Assembly (NCBI RefSeq): GCF_963921235.1
Contig: NC_086108.1
Span: 110,238,001 to 110,302,000 of the forward strand
Origin: Mobula hypostoma
Taxonomy: Eukaryota
Reading direction: 5' to 3'
Length of the DNA stretch: 64,000 nt
Shown: positions 1-12,078 of the stretch, one piece after another
Numbering within the stretch: position 1 is the stretch's first letter
Layout: each line of letters begins with the position of its first letter
Translations under genes and position numbers: made by a program
The notes under the pieces: model-generated
What the model was told of the DNA's origin: nothing
The model's input: the letters and a program-made list of their open reading frames with translations, nothing else
Databases searched by the model: none

Positions 1-140
1 ATCTCCCCTTCCCCCTCCCACTTTCAAATCTGTTACTATCTCTTCTTTCAGTTAGTCCTGACGAAGGGTCTCGGCCCGAAACATCGACTGTACCACTTCC
101 TAGAGATGCTGCCTGGCCTGCTGCATTCAGCAACTTTGAT
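1..140 (+). mobile_element. Penelope-like element 3' repeat (pLTR) end, cut by the window edge
   Basis: Near-identical to 26041-26155 and 6117-6260, which lie downstream of GIY-YIG coding remnants. Confidence 0.85.
54..89 (+). ncRNA. Minimal hammerhead ribozyme motif (stem III variant ACAT)
   Basis: AGTC-CTGACGA-AGGGTCTCGGCCC-GAAA-CATC-GACT; stem I AGTC/GACT; core CUGANGA and GAAA. Confidence 0.7.
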
Positions 141-867
141 AATGTAATAAAGCTTGTTTTCAAGCCTTCAAGATCAGAATTAACTTGAAACCCTTGTGTA
201 ATGGATGCCTTGAAGTGTTTACAATCTTTTTTGCTTGAGCATAGGAGCCTGTCTCTCAGAGGTACCATTGGAAGGTTAAATTAGTGTCCTCTGTTAAAGA
301 TTCATAATGCTATTTTAAAGACCTGTGGAAGTGATGGATGTTGCGTCGATTTCAACATTTAAGAGAAATATGGAATAGTACATAGATGGAAGGGGTATGG
401 AAGACTATGGTCCAAGTGCAGGTAGATGGAACTAGGCAGATTAAGAATTTGGCATGGACAAGATGGGCTAAAGGGCTTGTTTCTATGCTCCAGTGTTCTG
501 TGACTCTGTAATGTAAATCTAGTTTTAGCAACATGAATCTAGAAGCAGGATTTCATTTCAATAAAAATCACATGCCATTACACACAGTAATCCTAAAAGT
601 TATTATAGAAATTGTGGCAAGTAGCCAAGTCCAAGAATTTTCAGAAGATCTTGTGATATTTTCCTTTGTTTATTGAAAAAGGGAATGGCTGTAGGAAGGA
701 TGGAACGCCCATCAGGAAGTGCTCTAGTTAATGAATAAACATGGTGACTGTGGTTAGGAAAGGCCACTGCCAATGGGAATGGAATATTTATGAATGGAAG
801 ATCATTTTAGGCTCGGGACAAGAAAGAGCACTTGGGCTATTGGTCAGCTCTTTTGAAGGAATGATCT

Positions 868-1150
868 ATTTATTTGTTTTATTTTTGAGATACAGTGCAG
901 AATAGGCCCTTTCAGCCCTCCAAGACGTGGCGCCCATCAACCCTTGATTAACCCAAGCATAATTACGCGACAATTTACAATGACCTAACGGTATGTCTTT
1001 GGACTGTGGGAAGAAACTGGAGGACTACTCGGAGGAAACTCATGCATTTCACGGATAGGACGTACAGATTCCCTACAGGTGATATTGGATTGAACTCTGA
1101 ACTCTGCCAACCCGAGCTGTAATAACATCTCGCTAACCACTACGCTACCA
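868..1150 (-). mobile_element. tRNA-derived V-domain SINE (HE1-like)
   Basis: Reverse complement contains V-domain-like TTTCCTCCGAG...CCAGTTTCTTCCCACAGTCCAAAGACATAC; homologous copies throughout the window. Confidence 0.7.
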
Positions 1151-2036
1151 AGATGAATGGAGTATTATCTTTCTGGGCTGTTTTGCTATGACTGGGGTAA
1201 AAACCATGCTTGGGAAACCATAGGCTATTGAAAATGAGATAGAGTATGTACCTCACAATTGTCACCAATGACAGAGTTGACTACTGACTTCCAGGTAGGT
1301 TATTCCAGTTATGTTGACTATGTTCCTTAATTCAGATTATTGGAACATTATCTGGGCATTGCTATATTGATGTTTGTAGGAGCTTGCCATGTACAAATAG
1401 AGTTAAGTATTTGCTGTGTATTCATAGTTAGAGAATGGTGGTTGTGAAGAACTTTGCAAGATCCTAATGTTGTGAATTGTCACATGTACAGGTTCCTTTT
1501 TATTATTCATCAACCTTTCTGTCTGCCCTTGATCTTGTATCCGGAATTTGTTGCTTTTATTAATTTTAATGCCAATCTACTACAGCCCATAGACTTGGCC
1601 AGAACAGCAGTAAAAAAAAAACAGCTGTCTTAGATGACATTTTTTGTGGCTGAAGAATAGGAAGGAAGATGTTATTACAGGCTTGGGTGTAATGTGGACA
1701 AAATTAGTTTTCTGAGAAATGTAAAGCTGTCAGACAGCTAAAGAACTGTAACTCCTTCAATTGTCCCTTTTGTTACCTGCAGAGTCAAATATTGTAGTGT
1801 TATACTTCCCAGCCCCTCATCTCCAACTTTAATGTAGTTCTGCTTAACCACATCTACCACATCCTCCCTAACTATACTGGCTTCCTAATTTAGAATTAGT
1901 ATCTGCTGCTGTCTTGGGCTCGCCATAACACTTAGAGCTTGATACTTTGCCTTTTCCTTGTTGAAATGACTTCATCCTTCTTCTACCCCCACCCCCCCAT
2001 ACATTCTTACATATACGTGAGCACGCGCACACACCC

Positions 2037-2285
2037 TCTTTCTCATTACTATCATCAGGGAAGAGGTACAGGAGCCTGAAGAGAGATGCTTAACATTTTA
2101 GCAGCAGCTTCCTTCCCTCCGTCATCAGATTTCTGAGTGGGCAGTGAACTCATGAATGCTAATTCACTACTTTGCTCTCTTTTTGCACTTTCTTTTATGT
2201 ATTTCTAGTTGTAACTCAGTACTTTTTATCTATTGCTGCCAGAAAACAACATAACATGTCAGTGATAATAAATCTGGTTCTGATT
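2037..2285 (+). mobile_element. Rex1/Babar-like LINE 3' fragment
   Basis: Matches the 3' end of 39190-41452 (CATCAGGGAAGAGGTACAGGAGCCTGAAG...ATAAATCTGGTTCTGA). Confidence 0.7.
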
Positions 2286-2417
2286 AAACACGAAATTCTA
2301 CAAGTGCTGAAAATCCAGACTAACACACCCAAATGCTGGAGGAACTCAGCAGGTCAGGCAGCAACAAAAGAGAGGAATAAATGGTCAATATCTCAGGCTG
2401 ACACCTTTCATCAGGGC
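2286..2417 (-). mobile_element. Penelope-like pLTR tail fragment with degenerate hammerhead
   Basis: Homologous to 5001-5134; ends at the TCATCAGG core edge. Confidence 0.65.
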
Positions 2418-2855
2418 TTTAATTCTAATTCCTGAGTTCAGCTTGGCTCTGTGTTGTGCAATGCGCTACTTCGCTCTTGATTACTCCAAGTTTTATTTTT
2501 AAACCTGTAGGTCTTGTGTGACTGGTAATGATACCGAAATAAGTTGGATTTGTGGATGAAATAATGAATCTGTCAGCCTTGATCAATTAGCATATTCATT
2601 ATAATGATGCCACAAGTTATTTGGAAACCACACATCAAAAGCCTGCAATGTAAAATACCCGAAGCAGTTCTAAAAAGCAGTTTTGTTTTCAATGTTTCAG
2701 TTAATGGGTTCACTTCTGCATAAATAAAATAGTAAAATTCAACCAGCTGCTGAATTCATTGGATACAAGTCTTACGCTCATATTGTACAGGATCGATATA
2801 CCATTTATGTCAAAGTGATGCCAACAGCCCTTTCGTTTGTTAAGCAATTTGTCCA

Positions 2856-3185
2856 ATACAAGGCACAAAAATATCAGTCCACCGAGCCTGCTCTGCCATT
2901 TCATCATGGCCGGTCGCAGATCCCACTCAAATCCATTTTCCTGCCTTCTTGCCATATCCTTTGATACCCTGACCAATCAAATCAACTTTCACCTTATACC
3001 CATGTACTTACCCTCCACTACAGTCTGTGGCAGAGCATTCCACAGATTCACTACTCTCTGGCTAAAAAAAATTCCTCTTTACCCCTGTTCTAAAGGATTG
3101 CCCCTCAATTTTGAGGCTGTGCCCTCAAGTTCTGGATACCCCCACCATAGGAATCATCCTCTCCACATCCACCCAACTAAGTCTA
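2856..3185 (-). mobile_element. CR1 LINE 3' fragment
   Basis: Reverse complement matches the CR1 ORF2 C-terminus (VVNLWNALP) and 3' UTR. Confidence 0.8.
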
Positions 3186-3482
3186 GTGAACAGCTGAGAA
3201 GCAGGACCTCAAGGGTAGTAATCTGGGTCATTTCCTGTGCCATGAAACAATGAGGGTAGGAATAGAATGAGGAAGCAGATAAATGTGTGACTGAAGAATT
3301 GAAGCAGGGGGCAGGGATTCAGATTTCTGGATACTGGACATCTTCTGGGGCAGGTGGGACCTATGCAAAAGAGGCAGGTTGCACTTGAATCTGAGGTTTA
3401 AACTAATATGGCATGGGGAAGGGAACGTGTAAGATAGAGCTGAAGATGAGCCAGCAGGTTTACAAGTAGATGATGGATGTAA

Positions 3483-4219
3483 CATAAGACCATAACATAG
3501 TGGAACAGAAGTAGGCCATTCAGCCCATCGAGTCTGCTCCACCATTCAACCATGGGCTGATCTAATTCTTCCAGTCATCCCCACTCCCAGCCTTCTCCCC
3601 ATACCCTTTGATCCCATGGCCAATCAAGAACCTATCTATCTCTGCCTTAAATACACCCAATGACTTGGCCTCCACAGCCACTCGTAGCAACAAATTCCAC
3701 TGATTTACCGCCCTCTGACTAAAGTAATTTCTCCGCATCTCTGTTCTAAATGATCGTCCTTCAATCCTGAAGTCGTGCCCTCTTGTCCTAGAATCTCCTA
3801 CCATGGGAAATAACTTTGCCATATCTAATCTGTTCAGGCCTTTTAACATTCAGAATGTTTCTCTGAGATACCCCTTCATCCTCCTGAACTCCAGGGAATA
3901 CAGCCCAAGAGTTGCCAGATGTTCCTCATACGGTAACCATTTCATTCCTGGAATCATTCTTGTGAATCTTCTCTGAGCCCTCTCCAATGTCAGTATATCC
4001 TTTGTAAAATAAGGAGCCCAAAATTGCACACAGATACTCCAAGTGTGGTCTCACGAGTGCCTTATAGAGCCTCAACATCACATCCCTGCTCTTATATTCT
4101 ATACCTCTGGAAATGAATGCCAGCATTGCATTTGCTGCCTTCACCACCGACTCAACCCAGAGGTTGACCTTTGGGGTATCCTACACAAGGACTTCCAAGT
4201 CCCTTTGCGCCTCTGCATT
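3483..4219 (-). mobile_element. 5'-truncated CR1 inserted antisense into the CR1 above
   Basis: ORFs 3562-3849 and 3926-4147 (LYKALVRPHLEY, RTRGH); 7-bp TSD GATGTAA at 3476-3482 and 4220-4226. Confidence 0.88.
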
Positions 4220-4943
4220 GATGTAAGGAGCATCAAGCCGATGATTGAAAGGAACGACAAGCCAATGACTGGATACAAGTGTAGACAGAGCAAAGAGTTA
4301 AATTTTACCACAGAGGCAAAATACAAAAGGACGAAGAATACAGTTCTCAAGATGCTGTGTTTAAATGTGTGTAGCATTTGGAGTAAGGTGGACAAACTCA
4401 TGGCACAGTTAAAGATTGGTTGGTATGATGTTGCGGGCATCACTGAGTCATGGCTGAAAGAATGCCATAATTGGGAGCTTAACATCAAAGGATATACTTT
4501 GTGTCGAAAGGACAGCCAGGAAGGCATAGGTGGTCGTGTGGCTCTGTTTGTAAGAGATGGATAGAAAGACGTGACATAGGGTCAGAAAATGTTGAATCTT
4601 TATGGGTGGAGTTAAGAAATTGCAAAGGTAAAAAAAACATTATGGGAATCATATCTAGGCCTCCAAATAGCCAAGATGTGGGCTTGAGATTGCAAAGGGA
4701 GCTGGAAAAGGCACTTAATAAGGGTAATGACACAATTGCAATGGGGGACTTAAATGTGCAAGGAGATTGGAAAAATCAGGTTGGTGTTGGATCGCAAGAG
4801 AGAGAATTTGTTGAATGCTTACAAGATGGCTTTTTAAAGCAGCTTTTGCTTGAGCATACTTGGAGAAAGGCTGTCTTAGATTGGGTGTTGTGTAATAATC
4901 CAGATCTTATTACGGAGCTTAACATAAAGGAACCCTTAGGAGA

Positions 4944-4985
4944 CATAGTCATAGTCATACTTTATTGATCCCAGGGGAAATTGGA
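4944..4985 (-). mobile_element. About 42-bp extreme 3' tail of a Rex1/Babar LINE
   Basis: Reverse complement CCAATTTCCCCTGGGATCAATAAAGTATGACTATGACTATG matches the tail at 9662-9697. Confidence 0.8.
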
Positions 4986-5098
4986 CCATGATCATAATAT
5001 AAACAACAGGAATTCTGCAGATGCTGGAAATTCAAGCAACACACATCAAAGTTGCTGGTGAACGCAGCAGGCCAAGCAGCATCTGTAGGAAGAGGTGC

Positions 5099-5134
5099 AG
5101 TCGACGTTTCAGGCCGAGACCCTTCGTCAGGACT
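5099..5134 (-). ncRNA. Minimal hammerhead ribozyme motif, core intact
   Basis: Minus strand AGTC-CTGACGA-AGGGTCTCGGCCT-GAAA-CGTC-GACT. Confidence 0.75.
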
Positions 5135-5450
5135 AACTGAAGGAAGAGTGAGTAAGGGATTTGAAAGTTGGAGGGGGAGATCCAAAATGATAGGAGAAGA
5201 CAGGAGGGGGAGGGATAGAGCCAAGAGCTGGACAGGTGATAGGCAAAAGGGGATACGAGAGGATCATGGGACAGGAGGACTGGGAACAAAGACAAGCAGG
5301 GGGGAGGGGGGACCCAGAGGATGGGCAAGAGGTATATTCAGAGGGACAGAGGGAGAAAAAAGAGAGTGAGAGAAAGAATGTGTGCATAAAAATAAGTAAC
5401 AGATGGGGTACGAGGGGGAGGTGGGGCCTTAGCGGAAGTTAGAGAAGTTT

Positions 5451-5872
5451 GATCTCCCTCCTGGCACTTATCCGTGTAAGCAGAACAAGTGCTACACATG
5501 CCCTTACACTTCCTCCCTTACCACCATTCAGGGCCCCAAACAGTCCTTCCAGGTGAGGCAACACTTCACCTGTGAGTCGACTGGGGTGATATCCGGTGCT
5601 CCCGATGTGGCCTTTTATATATTGGCGAGACCCGACGCAGACTGGGAGACCGCTTTGCTGAACATCTACGCTCTGTCCGCCAGAGAAAGCAGGATCTCCC
5701 AGTGGCCACACATTTTAATTCCACATCCCATTCCCATTCTGACATGTCTATCCACGGCCTCCTCTACTGTAAAGATGAAGCCACACTCAGGTTGGAGGAA
5801 CAACACCTTATATTCCGTCTGGGTAGCCTCCAACCTGATGGCATGAACATCGACTTCTCTAACTTCCGCTAA
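5451..5872 (+). pseudogene. GIY-YIG endonuclease domain of the Penelope-like element (frameshifted near 5591)
   Basis: DLPPGTYPCKQNKCYTC...FTCESTGVI / CSRCGLLYIGETRRRLGDRFAEH...EEQHLIFRLGSLQPDGMNIDFSNFR*. Confidence 0.88.
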
Positions 5873-6169
5873 GGCCCCACCTCCCCCTCGTACCCCATCT
5901 GTTACTTATTTTTATGCACACATTCTTTCTCTCACTCTCTTTTTTCTCCCTCTGTCCCTCTGAATATACCTCTTGCCCATCCTCTGGGTCTCCCCCCCCC
6001 CCCCGTCTTTCTTCCCGGACCTCCTGTCCCATGATCCTCTCGTATCCCCTTTTGCCTATCACCTGTCCAGCTCTTGGCTCTATCCCTCCCCCTCCTGTCT
6101 TCTCCTATCATTTTGGATCTCCCCCTCCCCCTCCAACTTTCAAATCCCTTACTGACTCTTCCTTCAGTT

Positions 6170-6205
6170 AGTCCTGATGAAGGGTCTTGGCCTGAAACGT
6201 TGACT
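6170..6205 (+). ncRNA. Minimal hammerhead ribozyme motif (GUU site)
   Basis: AGTC-CTGATGA-AGGGTCTTGGCCT-GAAA-CGTT-GACT. Confidence 0.72.
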
Positions 6206-6295
6206 GCACCTCTTCCTACAGATGCTGCTTGGCCTGCTGCGTTCACCAGCAACTTTGATGTGTGTTGCATGATCATAATATGATTGAATTCATAC

Positions 6296-6891
6296 TGTTA
6301 AAGTTGAATCTGAATAAAACTCGGGAGACCAGCTTCTTGTAGTTACAACAGTTAATTGTGCACCCTCCTGCTGGAGTTTGAGACCCAGTTGTCCAAGGGA
6401 AGGCACATAAGTACTGCCACCATCCGACAAGTGGACCCACTCCCTCAGGTTACAGCCGTATATTTATACATAGTAAGCCCCATACATTACTGTTGCAAGA
6501 TGTTATTTGAACTGGTACGCCCACCAAGTCTGCTAGTGCGAAACTTAGTTACAGATAAGAGAGTGCGATAGATCAAGGCTTAATTACAGATGGATGTGCT
6601 GTCCAGTCCTTATCAGTTATTACCTTTGCTGGGCCCTGACTTAATTACAGATGGATGTTCCTTCCTGTCCTTATTGGTGAGTCCTCCTTCCCCTACTCAA
6701 ATGAGGGTACAATGTTATCAAACTCTCAATGTCACTCTGCAAGCCGGGCAGAACTGGTAATGAGTCTGTCTTAGCTGGCTGCTGAAGGCAGAGTTTACTT
6801 CAGTTCAAAAATTCCTATTCAGTCCCAATTATTCTTTTAGCCAGAGGTTACATAGGTTCAAAATGATTTTTTTTATATCCTCAATTCCTCA
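6296..6891 (-). mobile_element. Solo LTR (ERV class I or Gypsy-like), 596 bp
   Basis: TG...CA termini; 4-bp TSD ATAC at 6292-6295 and 6892-6895; removing it restores CR1 frame MIEFILQFEREK; internal duplication TTAATTACAGATGGATGT; minus-strand TATAAAT near 6460 suggests the orientation. Confidence 0.8.
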
Positions 6892-8868
6892 ATACTGCAG
6901 TTTGAGAGGGAGAAGCGCAAGTCACATATATCAGTATCTCAGTGGAATAAAGGGAGTTACAGAGACACGAGAGAGGAGCTTGCCTAGGTGGATTGGAGGA
7001 GGACACTGATGGGGATGACGGCAGAGCAGAGATGGCTGAAGTTTCTGGAAATAGTTCACAAGGCACATGATAGGTATGTCCCACAGAGGAAGAAGTTCCC
7101 AAATGGTAGTGGTTTGTAATCGTGACTGACAAGGGAAGTTAAAGACTGCGTAAACACCAAGAATAGGGCATAAAAGGCAGCAAAAGTGGGTGGGAAGTTA
7201 GGTCGTTGGGAAGCTTTTAAAATTCAACAAAAGGCAACTAAAAGAGCTACAAGAAGGAAAAGATGAAATATGAGAGCAAACTAACCAATAATATAAAGCA
7301 AGATACTAAAAGTGCTTTTTAATGATATAGGAAGTAAAAGGGAAGTGAGAGCTGATATTGAACCACATGAAAATGATGCTGGTGAGGTAGTAATGGGTAC
7401 TTTGCATCAGTCTTCATTGTGGAAGACACCAGCAGAGTGCCTGAGATTTGTGAGTGTCAGGAAGCAGGAGTGAATGTCATTACTATTACAAAGGGAAAAA
7501 GTGCGAGACAAACTGAAAGATCTTAAGGTGGATAAGTCACCTGGACCAGATGGGCTACATCCCAGAGTCCTGAGAGAGGTGGCTGAAGAGATAACGGTTG
7601 CATTGGTCATGATCTTTCAAGAAGCACTTGAGTCTGGCATGGTTCCAGATGACTGGAAGATTAGAAGTGTCACTCCACTCTTTTAACAAGAGAGGAAGTC
7701 AAAAGAAAGGAAATTATAGGCCAGTTAGCCTAACCTCAGTGGTTGGGGAAGTGTTGGAGTCTATTATTAAGGATGAGTTTTCGGGGTACTTGGAGACTAA
7801 TGAGAAAAGAAGTCAAATTCAGCGTGGTTTTTGTAAAGGGAAATTTTGCCTTCCTTCGAGGAAGTAGCAAATAGGGTTGGACAAACGAGAGGCAGTGAAT
7901 GTCATTCACTTGGATTTTCAGAAGGTATTTGATAAGGTGCTACACATGAGGCTGCTTAAAATAAATCCTACAGTGTTACAGGAAAGATATTGGCATGGCT
8001 GACAGGCAGAAGGCAGCGAATAGGAATAAAAGTGGCATTTTCTGGTTGTCTGCCAGTGACTAGTGATGTTCCTCAGGGGTCAGTATTGGGTCCTCTACTT
8101 TTCATACTGTTTGCCAGTGATTTGGATATGGAATTGATGGCTTTGTGGCAAAGTTTGCAGATGATACGAAGATAGGTGGAGGGGTAGGTAGTGCTGAGGA
8201 AGTGATAGATTGCGTCAGGATTTAGACAAATTAGAATGGGCAAAAAAGTGGCAGATAGAATACAGTGTTGGCAAATGTATGATAATGTATTTTGGTAAAA
8301 GGAACAATAGTGCAGACTATTATCTAAATGGGGAGAAGGTTCAAAGGGGACTTGGGAGTCCTCATGCAAGACTCCCTGAGGGTTAATTTACAGGTTGAAT
8401 CTGTGGTAAAGGAGGTAAATGCAATGTTGGCATTTCTTTCAAGGGGAATAGAATATAAAAGTAAGGAGATAATTCTGAGTGTTTATAAGGCACTAGTCAG
8501 GTCACACTTGGGGCCCCATATCTCAGAAATGATATGTTGTCATTGCAGGGAATTCATAGGAGGTTCATGAGATGATTCCAGGATTGAAGGGGTTAACATG
8601 TGGATCGTTTGGCAGCTTTGGTCCTGTACTCACTGGAATTTAGAAGAAGGTGGAGGGATCTCATTGAAACCTACTGAATGTTGAAAGGACTAGACAGGTT
8701 GGATCTGGAAAGAATGTTTCCTATTGTGGGGGTACAGCCTCAAAATTGAGGGGCGACCTGTTAGAACAGGTAAGGAGGATTTTTTTTTAAGCCAGTGAAT
8801 AGTGGATCTGTGGAATACTCTACTACAGATTGCAGTGGAGGCCAAGTCTGGGCATAGTTTAGGTGGAA

Positions 8869-9697
8869 ACTTCAGAAGTTTTCTGATGACTCTGCCATAG
8901 TTGAATGCGCAGCAAGGAAGATGAGGCTGAGTACAGGGCTATGGTTGGAAACTGTGTCACATGGTGTGAGCAGAATTATCTGCAGCTTAATGTGAAAAAG
9001 ACTAAGGAGCTGGTGGTAGACCTGAGGAGAGATAAGGCACCGGTGACCCCTGTTTCCATCCTGGGGGTCAGTGTGGACATGGTGGAGGACTACAAATACC
9101 TGGGGATACGAATTGACAATACACTGGACTGGTCAAAGAGCACTGAGGCTGTCTACAAGAAGGATCAGAGCCGTCTCTATTTCCTGAGGAGACTGAGGTC
9201 CTTTAACATCTGTCGGACGATGCTGAGGATATTCTACGAATCTGTGGTGGCCAGTGCGATCATGTTTGCTGTTGTGTGCTGGGGCAGCAGGCTGAGGGTA
9301 GCAGGTACCAATAGAATCAACAAACTCATTTGTAAGGCCAATGATGTTGTGGGGATGGAACTGGACTCTCTGACGGCGGTGTCTGAAAAGAGGATGCTGT
9401 CCAAGTTGCATGTCATCTTGGACAATGTCTCCCACCCACTACATAATGTACTGGTTGGGCACAGGAGTACATTCAGCAAAGATTCATTCCACCGAGAGCA
9501 AACACAGAGCGTCATAGGAAGTCATTCCTGCCTGTGGCCATCAAACTTTGCAACTCCAACCTTGGAGGGTTAGACACCCTGAGCCAATAGGTTGGTCCTG
9601 GACTTATTTCCATAATTTACATATTACTATTTAATTATTTATGGTGCAACTGTAACGAAAACCAATTTCCCTCGGGATCAATAAAGTATGACTATGA
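8869..9697 (+). mobile_element. 5'-truncated Rex1/Babar LINE inserted in the CR1 3' end
   Basis: QKFSDDSAI plus ORF 8905-9573 (LQLNVKKTKELVVDLRR, YKYLG, RLYFLRRLRSF); AATAAA followed by a (ATGACT) tail. Confidence 0.87.
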
Positions 9698-9861
9698 TAG
9701 TTTCCTGAACGGTCAGAGCATCAAAGGATATATCGAGAAGATATGTGTATGGGTTTGACTGGGATCAGCCATGATAGAATGGCGGAGCAGACTCGATGGA
9801 CTGAGTGGCCTCCCTGTGTCTTATGGTCTTGTATTCTGTCTGCTGACTGACTGTCTCAAAA

Positions 9862-10050
9862 ATGCAAGATAATCTGCAGATACTGGAAATCCAGAGTAAG
9901 GCATACAAAATACTGGAGGAGTTCAGCAGGTCAGGCAATATCTCTGAGAAGATGCAGTCCTGATGAAGGGTGTTGGTCCAAAACATCGACTGTTTATTTC
10001 TTTCCATAGATGTCTGACCTGCTGAATTCCTCCAGCATTTTGTATGTGTA
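9862..10050. mobile_element. Short, older inverted Penelope-derived insertion with mutated hammerhead
   Basis: Minus tail arm, then CAGTC-CTGATGA...AAAA-CATC-GACTG at 9955-9992 (G12 to A). Confidence 0.65.
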
Positions 10051-11705
10051 CTATGATACAATTTCTGCCCCTCCCGCCACCAACTCTGTCCCTTTGCTTT
10101 GTGTGGTAAGCCAGTTGTAAAACTAAAGAGTGATAAATTAGCTTTGTTTGTCACATGTACATTGAAACGTACAGTGAAATGCATCATTTTGTGCCAAATT
10201 AAATCAACAAGGATTGTGCTGAACAGCTCCCAAGTGTCGCCAAGCTTCCGACACCAACGTAGCATGCCCACAAGTCATTGACCCTGAACCGTGAATTGAT
10301 GGTTTGAGATGATGGTACACAGACATGTTAACAGAATTTGTTTGGTGTCACTTTCAAGATAGCTTTAATGAGGCAGTTTTATTCACTCAGGATAAGTATT
10401 TGCATTTAACTTTGGAATGTTTTTATAACGTTCTCCTTTGGTATGATTATAAGTAAATTTTGAACCTCTGATAGAAAGCTATTTCACACCTTCCTGTAAC
10501 AGTTATTCAAGCTTAATAATTTGGTCCGTGAAACACTATATTAATTTCTCTTCAGTAATATGTAGAATATTCCAAAACAAATCAAAGCAATTTCTTAACA
10601 ATGTGGAGTGTACTGCTCTCCTTACACAATTCAGCACTAAACCAAACTCCACTCAACTGAACATGGGAGTCAGCATATAGCATCCAAACTCCAGGTGCTT
10701 TACTGCGCAACACTCATATACAATTGAGTAAGAGTATTTAATGCAGAGCATTTAAGACAATAAAGAACACAGTCATACGAAATTAGGAATACATGAATCC
10801 AGATATACATGTAAAAAACCTAAAAATTGTAAACAAAGTGTTTAAGTATGTAAGAAGATGACTATGTTGCAAGAATTCCTTAAGTTACCACACCTGGTGA
10901 AATACTAATAATCAGGAATAAACATGTACATAATATCAATGCAAAGTATTGCTCAGATAGCGTTCTCCTTTATGAACTGAAGCAACACTTATAGACGTGT
11001 TCAATCGTATAAGTAGAAGTAACACAAGTCTGTGTATCTGTACTTTTGTCTGATCAAAAATCTACATTAAAAACATCACCTCTGCTGCCCTCTGAAGTGG
11101 TCTGACTGAATTTCAAAACTAAAGATGACAGTGCTCTGAAAGTACTAGTTGGCTGGGGTATATTTCAAATTAAGAGCGTAAACACAGCTAGTTTTATTTT
11201 CAAACAATGTTTTCCTATCAGCTGAGAAGTAGGAAAAATCTAAGATCAGTGAATCTGTGCGTAGTTCAAAATGATTACATAAGTAAGTGAGGGAGTGTTT
11301 ATGGGTTTATCGACCATTCAGAAATCTGATGGCAAAGGCAAAGTTCCTGAAACATTGAATATGTGTGTCTTCAGGCTCCTGTGTTTCCTCCTAGATGGTC
11401 ATAAAAAGATAAGAACCATGAGTATTTTTGTTCTAATCATTTACAGGCAAGAAGCATCACTGTTGCCACATTCCTTTTGAACGGACAGCTGTACATATAT
11501 CTGCTAATATTTGTTAGAGGGAAGTTTTTGCAATTTTGCAGGTGCATCTAGTAATAAGAACAAAGTGAAAAATTCAATTTGCACATAACAAGCTTTAACA
11601 TAATTCTCACTGAAACATGCTGATTAGAAGACAATACATTTGTGAATTCAGATTTAAGGCTAGATTCTAAAAGGGCAGATCTGCTATATATTTAAAAAAG
11701 AAAAT

Positions 11706-12078
11706 GGGGCAAAGGCAGGTTACTGGTACCTTACACCAGACACTTCGGACAGATGGAGCTCCTCAGCTAAGGTTGGCAACTCATCTTGAAGAAGGAAAAC
11801 TCTAATCTGAAACCTCCAGTGCCTTGCAGCTGTGACCACTCATGGAGAAGGCTTCAGGAGTATGCCCCAAGGGAAAGGTCCAGAGCTGGAGTCTCTAAGG
11901 CAGTCCTACACTGAGTTGGCAACTCCTTTGATGCTGCTGGTGCCAAACTGGTCTCTGCCGTTCCTTTGAATTCATCAGCTGCATGGGCAACAACTTGCTC
12001 TTTATATCGTACTGCCCTGGCTTGTGTTTGACAGCTAGGACTCATCATCCATGATCGACTTTGACCAATGGAGGTCTT
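11706..12078 (+). mobile_element. Non-autonomous RTE-like element, family A
   Basis: RTE 5'-UTR-like GAAGAAGGAAAACTCTAATCTGAAACC; homologous to 32557-33085 and 42438-42945. Confidence 0.6.

Larger units (their letters stand above)
5001..6267. mobile_element. Penelope-like element, inverted tail-to-tail insertion with GIY-YIG remnant
   Basis: Inverted arms about 5036-5453 and 5849-6268; 14-bp TSD CATGATCATAATAT at 4987-5000 and 6268-6281. Confidence 0.9.
3186..9830 (+). mobile_element. Decayed CR1 LINE (ORF1 end, APE endonuclease, RT, 3' tail) interrupted by five nested insertions
   Basis: ORF pieces: YDVAGITESWL, VESLWVELRN, MGDLN, LDWVLCN..EPLGD (APE); KSPGPDGLHPRVL, NYRPVSLTS, VPQGSVLGPLLF (RT); tail resumes at about 9698. 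Confidence 0.9.

Noticed and set aside
5032..6283. Many overlapping 60-114 aa ORFs recurring at 25250-26173 and 48412-48651
   Set aside because: Spurious frames through the purine/pyrimidine-biased Penelope 3' repeat
8905..9573. Host gene (such ORFs are often auto-annotated as ALKBH8 N-terminal/DUF1891)
   Set aside because: It is the RT C-terminus of a 5'-truncated Rex1/Babar LINE with a tail, inserted in a CR1
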